Source: an archaeon (GTDB taxonomy: Archaea; AGJL01; Methanococci; Methanococcales; Methanocaldococcaceae). From it: 28,374 nt of DNA. Below are positions 9,389 through 18,546 of the stretch, piece after piece. Location: NCBI GenBank assembly GCA_024278985.1, contig JAJRSC010000006.1, positions 1 through 28,374 of the forward strand, read 5' to 3'. The notes beneath the pieces were generated by a model. That model worked only from the letters and a program-made list of their open reading frames with translations, was not told where the DNA came from and ran no database searches. The position numbers were made by a program, and so were the translations under genes. The stretch's first letter is position 1, and every line of letters begins with the position of its first letter.

Positions 9389-10645
9389 ATGGATGTTGTT
9401 ATCTATATTGGATATTTAGGATTAGTTCTATTATTAGGTTCAATTGTTGCAAAAATTTCAGAATCTTTAACAATTCCTGATATTCCTCTTCTCTTAATTT
9501 TAGGATTATTGTTAGGACCAGGTCTTAATATAATATCTCCAGAATTGGCTCAGGAAATGTTTGAATATATTGGTCCAATAGGGTTAATTTTTATTTTGTT
9601 GGGTGGATCTTTTACCATGAGAATATCTCATTTATCTAAAGTAATTGATAATATTATAAGATTAGATACAATCACTTTAATAATAACTCTTCTAATCTCT
9701 GGATTAGTTTTTAATTTAGTTTTTGGGTTAAATATTCTTAATCCAGCAGGTTATTTATTTGGTGCAGTTACATGTGCAACAGACCCTGCAACATTGATTC
9801 CAGTCTTTTCAAGAGTAAAAATTAATCCAAATATTGCAATTATATTAGAAGCAGAAAGTGTTTTTAATGACCCTCTTGGAATTGTAGCAACAACATTAAT
9901 TTTAGGAATTTTAGGATTAACAATAATGTTAAATCCAATATTGAATTTATTATCTTTAGCTGTTGGTGCTATTGTTGTTGGGTATATAATGGCTAGGATA
10001 TATAAGGTTATTATTGTTCATTATGAATTTCATGAATATGTTGCTCCTTTAGTATTAGGAGGTGCTATGTTATTAGTATATCTTGGGGAATATCTATTAC
10101 CTCATTATATAAAATATGGAATTTCTGGATATATGGCTGTTGCAATAATGGCTATATTTTTAGGAGATTATTTACATAAATTAGGAGAAAAAGAAGAGGA
10201 TTATCAATATATTGTAAGATTTTCTGATGATTTGTCATTATTATCAAGAATATTTATTTTTGTATTTTTAGGGGCATGTATTAGATTATCTTATTTAGAA
10301 AAATTCTTTGTTCCAGGGTTGATATTAGCATTAGCTTCAATATTTATAGCAAGACCATTAGGAACATTTATAGGGCTTATAAAAACAAAACACACATTTG
10401 GAGAAAAATTATATATTGCCTTAGAAGGTCCAAGAGGAGTAGTTCCAGCAGCATTAGCTGTTACTGTTAGTATATTAATATTAAAACATGCTGATAAACT
10501 TACTAAATTTGTTCCTAATCCAAAAAATTATGCCATTGCCATATTAGTAGGTACATTTATGACAATACTTATAAGTGTTATTTTAGAGGCATCTTGGGCA
10601 GGATTTTTAGCAAAAAAATTATTAAATAAGGGAAAAAATTATTAA
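9389..10645 (+). CDS. nhaP: Na+/H+ antiporter, CPA1/NhaP1 type
   Basis: ATDPAT, EAESVFNDP and GPRGVV motifs characteristic of archaeal NhaP1. Confidence 0.92.
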   Translation: MDVVIYIGYLGLVLLLGSIVAKISESLTIPDIPLLLILGLLLGPGLNIISPELAQEMFEYIGPIGLIFILLGGSFTMRISHLSKVIDNIIRLDTITLIITLLISGLVFNLVFGLNILNPAGYLFGAVTCATDPATLIPVFSRVKINPNIAIILEAESVFNDPLGIVATTLILGILGLTIMLNPILNLLSLAVGAIVVGYIMARIYKVIIVHYEFHEYVAPLVLGGAMLLVYLGEYLLPHYIKYGISGYMAVAIMAIFLGDYLHKLGEKEEDYQYIVRFSDDLSLLSRIFIFVFLGACIRLSYLEKFFVPGLILALASIFIARPLGTFIGLIKTKHTFGEKLYIALEGPRGVVPAALAVTVSILILKHADKLTKFVPNPKNYAIAILVGTFMTILISVILEASWAGFLAKKLLNKGKNY

Positions 10646-10763
10646 ATAAATTTTTAATTTATATATTTACTATTTTAAATAAATATATTAATCTCTACAA
10701 AGTTTATTATATGAGTTATGTGTTAATAATCAGTATAGCATTATTTTATATTGGTGATTATTA

Positions 10764-11726
10764 ATGGATGATTTAACTGAACTTCCTGGTGTTGGGCCAT
10801 CTACTGCTGAAAGATTAAAAGAAGCTGGATTTACAGATTTTATGAAAATTGCAACAGCAACAGTTAAAGAATTATGTGAAGTTGAAGGAATAAGTGAAAA
10901 AGCAGCTCATAAAATTATTGAAGCTGCTAAACAAATGTGTAATCTTGGATTTAAAAAAGGTTCTGAAATTTTATAACAGAGAAAATATATATGGCATTTA
11001 TCAACAGGTAGTACAAATTTAGATAACATCCTTGGGGGAGGATTAGAGAGTCAGTCAGTTATTGAATTTGCAGGAGCATTTGGTTCAGGAAAAACTCAAA
11101 TTGCACATCAGGCATGTGTTAATTTACAATGTCCAGATAAGATTATAGCCAATGAAGAAATAAAGGAGAAGTATTTACAACAACCTGAAGCTGTATATAT
11201 TGATACTGAAGGAACATTTAGACCTGAGAGAATAATCCAAATGGCAGAAGCCTTAGGATTAGATGGAAAAAAGGTATTAGATAGTATTCATTATGCAAGA
11301 GCATATAACTCAGATATGCAAATATTATTTACTGAAAATGTTGAAGACTTAATAAATGAAGGTCATAATATTAAGTTAATAGTTATTGACTCTCTAACAA
11401 GTACATTCAGAACAGAATACACTGGAATGGGAAGACTTGCAGAAAGACAGCAAAAACTTGGAAAACACTTAGCCACATTAAATAGATTGGCAGATATCTA
11501 CAACTGTGTAGTTTTGGTAACTAACCAAGTTGCTGCAAGACCTGATGCCTTTTTTGGACCTGCAGAGCAGGCAATAGGTGGGCATATTGTTGGGCATGCA
11601 GCAACATATAGAATATTTTTAAGAAAGGCAAAAGGAGATAAAAGAATTGCTAAACTTTATGATTCTCCACATCTTCCAGATGCAGAGGCAACATTTAAGA
11701 TTACTGAGAAAGGAGTTCATGACTAA
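10764..11726 (+). pseudogene. radA: RadA recombinase, full-length 320-codon frame with one in-frame TAA at codon 71 (10974-10976)
   Basis: The two track ORFs share a frame. The gap reads [41 protein letters not shown]...[13 protein letters not shown] with no other stop. HhH, Walker A and Walker B (LIVIDS) are intact. Whether it is truly inactive is unresolved. Confidence 0.93.
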
Positions 11727-12804
11727 AAAATTTTTTTATTTCACAAATTATTTTTTTAGTGTATGCCTTAGAAAACTCTTCTAAAACCTTTTCAGGATTT
11801 TTATTATTCTTTATCATATTCTTAGCTTTTTTAACTTCATTTATTCTAATTTCTTCAATTACTTTATTTAGATCTTTTAATTTCTCTTCAATAATTAAAT
11901 TTTTTAACTGTTGTTTCAAGTTTTTTATTTCTTCTTCTATTATTTTCTCAACTTTAGGGATTTCTTTTTCTCTTCTCTTTAAATTTTCTTTGGCAATATC
12001 TTTTAAATCATCTATTGTAAATAACTTAATATTAGGAAGTGTTCTTATATCATCTGTTGTATCTCTTGGTAGGGCAATATCAACAATAATAGTATTTCCA
12101 ATATTATATACTCTATCTCTTGTTAAAATTGGGTGAGGGGCAGAGGTAGCTGAAATAACAATATCTGCATATCTTAAAGCTTCATTTAATTTATCAAATT
12201 TTATAGCAATTCCATTTAATTCTTTGGCTAATTGAACAGCTTTTTCATATGTTCTATTTGCAACTATTATTGCTTTAATATTTTTTTCTTTTAAGGCTTT
12301 AATAACAGTTTTAGCCATTTCTCCAGCTCCTATTAGTAAAATATTCTTCCCTTCTAATCCTGTAAGTTTTTCAATTAATTCAACAGCAGCAGAACCAATA
12401 GAAACTGCACCTTTTCCAATATTTGTCTCATTTCTAACTCTTTGACCAGTATGAATTGCCTTTAAAATAATTTTTTCCAATTTTTTACTAACTTTATGGT
12501 ATTCCTTTGCTTTTAGATAGGCCTTTTTTAGTTGTCCCAATATTTGATATTCTCCAACAATCATAGACTCTAATCCAGATGCTAATCTAAATAAATGATA
12601 TATTGCCTCATCATCTACCAATAAATCAAATTTATCAAAATTTTTAATATTTAAATCTTCTAAACTCTCTGCAATAATTTCCACTCTATTGCATGTTTGG
12701 AGTAAAATACCTCTATTATTTTTGTAAAATTCTTCTTCATCAAATCTTAATTTTTCTAATTCATCAATAGAGTATTTTTTATGGTCTGCTTTTAAAATTA
12801 TCAT
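11701..12804 (-). CDS. hemA: Glutamyl-tRNA reductase
   Basis: LQTCNRVE catalytic Cys, [28 protein letters not shown]. Its 3' end overlaps radA by 26 bp. Confidence 0.96.
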   Translation of the reverse strand: MIILKADHKKYSIDELEKLRFDEEEFYKNNRGILLQTCNRVEIIAESLEDLNIKNFDKFDLLVDDEAIYHLFRLASGLESMIVGEYQILGQLKKAYLKAKEYHKVSKKLEKIILKAIHTGQRVRNETNIGKGAVSIGSAAVELIEKLTGLEGKNILLIGAGEMAKTVIKALKEKNIKAIIVANRTYEKAVQLAKELNGIAIKFDKLNEALRYADIVISATSAPHPILTRDRVYNIGNTIIVDIALPRDTTDDIRTLPNIKLFTIDDLKDIAKENLKRREKEIPKVEKIIEEEIKNLKQQLKNLIIEEKLKDLNKVIEEIRINEVKKAKNMIKNNKNPEKVLEEFSKAYTKKIICEIKKFFSHELLSQ

Positions 12805-13411
12805 TTTTTAACCTTTTATAATATTTTTCTATAAGGGAGTTAAGTTCTTTTTTAAAATTATCATTTGTGAATAACTCTTCTAAAATCCTTTTTCTATATT
12901 TTTGATTTTTTATATTATCCTTTAAAAATATTCTAAATTTATCAATAAATTCAATATCATTTTTATCAAGATAGTTCTCAACTATTTTTCTAATATTTTT
13001 AGCTAATAATGGAGATTTTCCTCCAGTATATATAAAAAATATGATTCCATTTTTCTCAACATAGGCAGGGATTATAAAATTACTTTCTTCTATTGATGTA
13101 GAAGAATTAACATACTTATTTAATTCTTTTGCAATATTAACAATTTTTTTATTTATTTCCTTATTAACAGCAGCTATTATAATATCATACTTTTTAATAA
13201 TATTTTTGAGGGTTTTATCATCAACATTATTTAAATCTATTTTTATCTTCTTAATATCATTTATTTTAACAATATCATTATCAAAATTTTTAGAATATAT
13301 ATCTACTAATGCACCATCTTTATATAATTTTAAAGCTCTTCTTTTTCCAACTTCTCCACAGCCAAAAACTACAATTTTCTTATTTTTAAAGGATAAAAGT
13401 ATTGGAATCAT
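12779..13411 (-). CDS. sirC: Precorrin-2 dehydrogenase / siroheme synthase N-terminal-like (SirC/Met8 family)
   Basis: VVFGCGEVGKRR Rossmann motif, NFIIPA, TGGKSPLLAK; overlaps the hemA start. Confidence 0.88.
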   Translation of the reverse strand: MIPILLSFKNKKIVVFGCGEVGKRRALKLYKDGALVDIYSKNFDNDIVKINDIKKIKIDLNNVDDKTLKNIIKKYDIIIAAVNKEINKKIVNIAKELNKYVNSSTSIEESNFIIPAYVEKNGIIFFIYTGGKSPLLAKNIRKIVENYLDKNDIEFIDKFRIFLKDNIKNQKYRKRILEELFTNDNFKKELNSLIEKYYKRLKNDNFKSRP

Positions 13412-13487
13412 TTTTATCCTAACAAAAAACTTAATATATACAAAAGAAATATATTATTTATTCAATAAAAAATTTTTTGGTGAAAAT

Positions 13488-13907
13488 ATGGATGTAGGTA
13501 ATGATGTTAGACAAAAAGCTATTGCTTTAGAAATGTATAACCAACAATTACAAATGTTACATGCGTAAATTGCATCAATTAATAATTTAAAGGGAGATAT
13601 AGAAAAAACTATAGCAACTCTTGAGAATATTAAAGTTGATGATGAAACCTTAATTCCTATAGGGCCTGGAGTATTTTTAAAAGCAAAAATTATAGATGAG
13701 AATGTCCTTTATGGTGTAAAATCAGATATCTACATAGAGAAAAATAAAAATGAGGTAATTGAAAAATTAAAAAAGACTCTTGAAGATTTAGATAAAGCAG
13801 AAAAAGAAGGTTTAAAAAAAATAAATGAGTTATCTATGTTAATTTCAAAATTAAAAGAAGAAGTTCAAAAAGAATTAGAGAAACTACAAAAAGAACAGCA
13901 AAAATAA
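13488..13907 (+). pseudogene. pfdA: Prefoldin alpha subunit, full-length 139-codon frame with one in-frame TAA at codon 27 (13566-13568)
   Basis: GGTGA SD then MDVGNDVRQKAIALEMYNQQLQMLHA*IASINNLKGDIEKTIATLENIKVDDETLIPIGPGVFLKAKI...GVKSDIYIEK, then coiled coil to TAA 13905-13907. Mostly missed by the ORF track. Confidence 0.9.
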
Positions 13908-13914
13908 AATTTAG

Positions 13915-13988
13915 TGGGCCCAGCCGGATTCGAACCGGCGACCTTCGCCTTGTAAGGGCGACGTCATAGCCAGCTAGACCATGGGCCC
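13915..13988 (-). tRNA. tRNA-Val (anticodon UAC), no intron, CCA not encoded
   Basis: Reverse complement GGGCCCATGGTCTAGCTGGCTATGACGTCGCCCTTACAAGGCGAAGGTCGCCGGTTCGAATCCGGCTGGGCCCA forms a cloverleaf with TTCGAAT T-loop and CTTACAA anticodon loop. Confidence 0.97.
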
Positions 13989-14020
13989 TAAGTAAGCATT
14001 ATTTTATAATCTATTTTTCA

Positions 14021-14036
14021 TATATAAAGTTTTCTA
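14021..14036 (-). promoter_or_regulatory. BRE/TATA promoter of tRNA-Val
   Basis: Minus strand TAGAAAAC-TTTATATA, about 32 bp upstream of the mature 5' end. Confidence 0.7.
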
Positions 14037-14050
14037 TTATTGGTGTAATT

Positions 14051-15079
14051 ATGGATTTAAAACTATTTTTAAAAGATAGGGAGGAGATTATAAAAGATGC
14101 TAAAAGAAAGAAAAAAGATTTTAAAATTATAAAAAAAATTTTAAACTTAGATAAACCAATAGTTGCAGATTTTACAGAATATAATCCATTACATAAGGGA
14201 CATAAGTATTGTTTAGATAAGGGAAAAGAGAAAGGAATATTTATCTCTGTCTTACCTGGACCTTTAGAGAGGAGTGGAAGAGGAGTACCTTATTTTATAG
14301 ACAGATATGTTAGAGCTGAATTAGCAATAAAAGCAGGGGCTGATTTAGTTGTTGAAGGTCCTGCTATGGGAATACTTGGCTCTGGTCAATATATGAGATG
14401 TTTAATAAAACAGTTCTATTTTTTAAATGCTCAAATAATCCCAAGGGGTTATATTCCTGAGAATACTATGGATAGAATTATAGAACTTATAAAGGAGGGT
14501 TATCACATTGGAGTTAAACCATATAAAATTTACTGTATAGAAACAGGTGAAATTTTAGGAGAAAAATTGGAGATAGATAACTATGTTATTGCTTCAATGT
14601 CTCAGACGTTGTATAAACTTAAGAAGGAGGGTATAAATTATAATCCTAAATTTTTATTTGTTAAAAGACTTGAAGGAATTAGTGGGACTAAAATAAGAGA
14701 ATTAATAAAAAGAGGAAAATTTGAAGAAGCTAAAAAATACCTACCTGAAACAACTATTAAAATCTTAGAAGAAAAATATAAAAAAGGAGAACTTAAATTT
14801 TTACATAGATTTGAAGATAGAATTTTAGAAACAGTAAATAATTATGATTTATACAAATATCTACCTGAAAAAGTAGCTCAAATTTTAGAAAAAAATAGAC
14901 CTTATGAAAGTATTGATGAAATTAATATTCCTTTTGGATTTTCAAGGCATTTTAAGGAGAGAGTTTTATCAATTCTTGAGGCAAGAATTGAAAGAGATAT
15001 TATAAAAAAATATGTTGATAACTATCCTTCAAAAATTAAGATTTTAGGAATTTCTGATAAACTGAAAGAACTTCTTTAG
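14051..15079 (+). CDS. HIGH-motif nucleotidyltransferase, UPF0348/TmcAL-like
   Basis: EYNPLHKGH, RSGRGVP, RAELAIKAGADLVVE, ISGTKIR motifs. Confidence 0.8.
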   Translation: MDLKLFLKDREEIIKDAKRKKKDFKIIKKILNLDKPIVADFTEYNPLHKGHKYCLDKGKEKGIFISVLPGPLERSGRGVPYFIDRYVRAELAIKAGADLVVEGPAMGILGSGQYMRCLIKQFYFLNAQIIPRGYIPENTMDRIIELIKEGYHIGVKPYKIYCIETGEILGEKLEIDNYVIASMSQTLYKLKKEGINYNPKFLFVKRLEGISGTKIRELIKRGKFEEAKKYLPETTIKILEEKYKKGELKFLHRFEDRILETVNNYDLYKYLPEKVAQILEKNRPYESIDEINIPFGFSRHFKERVLSILEARIERDIIKKYVDNYPSKIKILGISDKLKELL

Positions 15080-16046
15080 CCATATTCTTCCATGAAAATT
15101 TTTTAGAAAATTCTTTTGCATTCTTACCTAACTTTTCTCTAAGTTGTTTATTTTCTATAAGAGTTATTATATTTTCTCTTAGTTCTTCTTTATTGTTTGA
15201 TAGTAGTCCATTATATTTATCAATGACAATCTCCTTTAAACCACCAACATTATTGGCTACAACTGGTTTAGAGCAAGAAAATGCTTCCAAGGCAACTAAT
15301 CCCAAACCTTCTACTCTTGAGGGAACTACTAAAAAAGAGCATCTACTAATATAATCAATAACTTCATTATGGTCTTTTTTACCTAATAGTATGACATTAT
15401 CTTTTGTAATCTTCTTAACCTTATTAAATAGAGGACCATCTCCAATAAATATAAATTTATAATTTATATCTCTACTAACTTCTGCTAATATATCCACACC
15501 CTTCTGTGGAACAAATGAACCAACAAATAAAATAAAACCTTCATCTCCTTTATTATAGTAGTTATCAACACCATTATAAATAACTCTCCCTCTACCAACC
15601 ATATTTTTTATTTCTCTACTAACACAGATAATTTCATCAGCAGAATTTATAGAATAGTTAAAAAAATAACTTCCTAAAAAAGAATTTTTTAATTTAAATA
15701 CATCACTTCCATGTAATGTTAAAATAAATGGAATATTATATTTATCTTTTAAAATAGCTCCTAAATATCCCTGTGGAAAGGCATAATGTGAATGAATTAT
15801 ATCAATTTCTTCCTTTTCAATAATTTTTTTTGCTATTTTATAACCATTTAATAAATAACTTATTCCTCTAAATTTTTTAATATGTGGAACTTCATGAACC
15901 ACTATATTTTTATATTTTGGTTCTGAGTAATTGTAAGTTAATATATGAAATTCTACATTTTTCAAATGTTTGATTAAATTATCAACATGAACTGTTATTC
16001 CACCAATATATGGGTAGTAGATAGTAGGCATTAAAACCTTTATCAT
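15036..16046 (-). CDS. GT4 (GT-B) glycosyltransferase
   Basis: PYIGG, HSH, TLHGSD, QKG, PSRVEGLGLVALEA (EX7E), GGLKE. Start 16046 or 16055. Confidence 0.9.
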   Translation of the reverse strand: MIKVLMPTIYYPYIGGITVHVDNLIKHLKNVEFHILTYNYSEPKYKNIVVHEVPHIKKFRGISYLLNGYKIAKKIIEKEEIDIIHSHYAFPQGYLGAILKDKYNIPFILTLHGSDVFKLKNSFLGSYFFNYSINSADEIICVSREIKNMVGRGRVIYNGVDNYYNKGDEGFILFVGSFVPQKGVDILAEVSRDINYKFIFIGDGPLFNKVKKITKDNVILLGKKDHNEVIDYISRCSFLVVPSRVEGLGLVALEAFSCSKPVVANNVGGLKEIVIDKYNGLLSNNKEELRENIITLIENKQLREKLGKNAKEFSKKFSWKNMAKEVLSVYQKFLKS

Positions 16047-16067
16047 AATTCTCATCTTGGGATATAT

Positions 16068-17072
16068 ATGGATGAATTTAGAATTATTAGAAAATTAATT
16101 ATAATTGGAATATTTTCTACATTTATCTATCTAATTTTTCCATTTTTAGATTGTGTTGCCTATGCTACAGCTTTATCCTATATGGCTTTACCCATATTTA
16201 ATTTTTTTAATAGATATATGGGAAGAACTTTATCTGCTTTATTGGCTATAGCTTTTTATATTGTTCCAATAATTGCTATATTCATATATTTCTTAATTAC
16301 TTTAATTAATATAGTATTAGAGCTAAATCCTGAGAAATTAACAAATATGTTATATAGTTTTTATCATAATTATTATAATTTTATTTTATTAAATTCTTCA
16401 AATTTTATAAATGAAAAGGTTGTTATGTCATATATTGATAAATTTGTAGGATATATAATAAATCTTATATCATCAAAAATTTTAGACTTTGGAGTTTTAG
16501 GTATTAAAATTTTATTAATTATTTTTTTTACATTTTACTTTTTAAGGGATGGATATTATCTAAAGAATATTATTTATGATATGACTCCAGAGTACTATAA
16601 AGAAAAAATAAAAATATATCTTTATTATCTCCATGAATCTTATAAAAATCTATTTATAAGTAATGTAAATATATCTGTTATAATTGGAGTACTTTCTTAT
16701 ATAGGATATAAAATATTTGGAATTCCTTATGCTGAATTATTAGCTATTTTAACTGGTATTTTTGCATTTCTTCCTATTGTTGGAGGATGGACTATATATG
16801 TTCCTTTAGCTGTATATATTGCTCTAACAGGAAATTTATATAAGGGAATTGCCCTTTTAATTTATGGGCAAATATTTTTATCATTTGCTCCTGACTTTAT
16901 CATAAGGCCATATTTAGTTAATAAAGATACAGATATTCATCCTGCTTTAGTTATTATCGCATTTTTGATATCCCCTTTAACTATTGGATTTGTTGGTTTT
17001 GCCTTAGGCCCTATTGTTGTAGGAGCATTACATGCATTTTATTTAGCCAAGTATAAATATAAAAAAATATAA
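16068..17072 (+). CDS. AI-2E family (UPF0118) permease
   Basis: FYFLRDG, LPIVG, IRPYL...IHPALV, GPIV motifs; hydrophobic helices. Confidence 0.85.
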   Translation: MDEFRIIRKLIIIGIFSTFIYLIFPFLDCVAYATALSYMALPIFNFFNRYMGRTLSALLAIAFYIVPIIAIFIYFLITLINIVLELNPEKLTNMLYSFYHNYYNFILLNSSNFINEKVVMSYIDKFVGYIINLISSKILDFGVLGIKILLIIFFTFYFLRDGYYLKNIIYDMTPEYYKEKIKIYLYYLHESYKNLFISNVNISVIIGVLSYIGYKIFGIPYAELLAILTGIFAFLPIVGGWTIYVPLAVYIALTGNLYKGIALLIYGQIFLSFAPDFIIRPYLVNKDTDIHPALVIIAFLISPLTIGFVGFALGPIVVGALHAFYLAKYKYKKI

Positions 17073-17077
17073 TTATA

Positions 17078-17533
17078 ATGATAACTATGAAAGTTTTAGC
17101 TGCTGGGACTTTTGATATTCTACATCCAGGACATTATGAATTTTTAAAATATGCAAAGAGTTTAGGAGATGAGTTAGTTGTTGTTGTGGCAAGGGATAAA
17201 ACAGTAGAGAAATTAAAGGGGAGAAAACCAATAATTCCAGAAGAACAGAGGAGAGTTATGGTTGAAGCATTAAAACCAGTAGATAGGGCAATTTTAGGAA
17301 GTATAAATAATATGTTTGAGCCAATACTTAAAGAAAAGCCTGATATTATTGTTTTAGGTCCTGACCAAACAACATTTAATGAGGAAGATTTAGAAAAAAA
17401 ATTAAGAGATTTAGGATTAAAAACAAAGGTTGTAAGATTTAAAAATTATGTTAAATGTCCTTTTCATAGCTCATATGATATAGTTATGGAGATAGTTAGG
17501 AGATATAGATGCTCCCAAGAGAAGAGGCATTAA
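17078..17533 (+). CDS. ribL: Archaeal FAD synthase (FMN adenylyltransferase)
   Basis: AGTFDILHPGH, VARD, KPDIIVLGPDQ and C-terminal Cys residues (CPFHSS...C). Start may be 17087. Confidence 0.87.
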   Translation: MITMKVLAAGTFDILHPGHYEFLKYAKSLGDELVVVVARDKTVEKLKGRKPIIPEEQRRVMVEALKPVDRAILGSINNMFEPILKEKPDIIVLGPDQTTFNEEDLEKKLRDLGLKTKVVRFKNYVKCPFHSSYDIVMEIVRRYRCSQEKRH

Positions 17534-18546
17534 TGATTATTAGGAGATATATAGATAGATATAATCTAAAAAATGAAAATGAAATTAAGAAATCTCTTTT
17601 AAAAGAGTTATTAAATAAAAATCTTCTTATAAAAACTGATGATTCTACTTATACTCTACCCTCCTATGGAGAACTTATGCATTCCAAGGTGGGAGCATTA
17701 ACAGAAGCAATATATAAATTTGCTATACCAAGTGAGATAGATAAATATAAAAAACCTAAAGTTTTAGATTTATGCTCAGGATTATGTTATAATGCTGTTG
17801 CTGCTTTACATTACAATGAAATGGCAATTATTGATTTAGTAGAGATTTGTGAAGAAGTTTTATTTTTGTCTATTTTTTTGGATATTCCTCTTAAAGAGCA
17901 TGAAATTGTTAAAGATAAGTTAAGAGAATATTTTTTAAATAAAAAAGGAATTGAGTATATCTCCCCATATGACAATCTTACCATAAATGTTATTGATGCA
18001 AAAAAATTTATTGAAAGGACTAATAAGAAGTATGATATAGTTTTTCATGATGCTTTTTCTCCAAGAAGAGATAACTCTCTATATAGATATGAGTTTTTAA
18101 AAGGACTTTATAGAGTTATGAATAAAAATTCTAAAATTCTTTCTTATTCTTCCTCTATTCCTTTTAGGAGTGGGTTAATTGAGGCAGGTTTTAATATAGA
18201 TGAAAAAGAGAGTATAGGTAGAAAAAGAGGAATCACTTTAGCATATAAAAATAAGGTAGGAAAAATAAATGATGTTGATGAGAGAGTTATAGCATTATCT
18301 ATAAATTCAATTCCATATATTGATAATAGAGAGTTTATAAAAGAAAAACTTAGAGAAAAACTAAAAAAAGAGAATAAATATATATCAACAAAAAAAATTA
18401 AATTAGCTAAAATTCCTAATTATCTTTTAGAATTTCAAAAATTAGAGGATAGTTATACAGTTATTAAAGAAATGAGAAAACATTACTTTGGAGAAGAAAA
18501 AATTTTAAATTTGGTGAAAGAATGGATAAATATGAAAAAGTTATAG
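17509..18546 (+). CDS. SAM-dependent methyltransferase, MnmC-N/DUF752-like
   Basis: MHSKVGALTEAIYKF, VLDLCSGLCYN, FHDAFSP, GRKR motifs. Confidence 0.8.
   Translation: MLPREEALMIIRRYIDRYNLKNENEIKKSLLKELLNKNLLIKTDDSTYTLPSYGELMHSKVGALTEAIYKFAIPSEIDKYKKPKVLDLCSGLCYNAVAALHYNEMAIIDLVEICEEVLFLSIFLDIPLKEHEIVKDKLREYFLNKKGIEYISPYDNLTINVIDAKKFIERTNKKYDIVFHDAFSPRRDNSLYRYEFLKGLYRVMNKNSKILSYSSSIPFRSGLIEAGFNIDEKESIGRKRGITLAYKNKVGKINDVDERVIALSINSIPYIDNREFIKEKLREKLKKENKYISTKKIKLAKIPNYLLEFQKLEDSYTVIKEMRKHYFGEEKILNLVKEWINMKKL

Noticed and set aside
13206-13487. N-terminal part of track ORF 13206..13568
   Set aside because: Antisense to sirC; the real start is the SD-preceded ATG at 13488 (pfdA).
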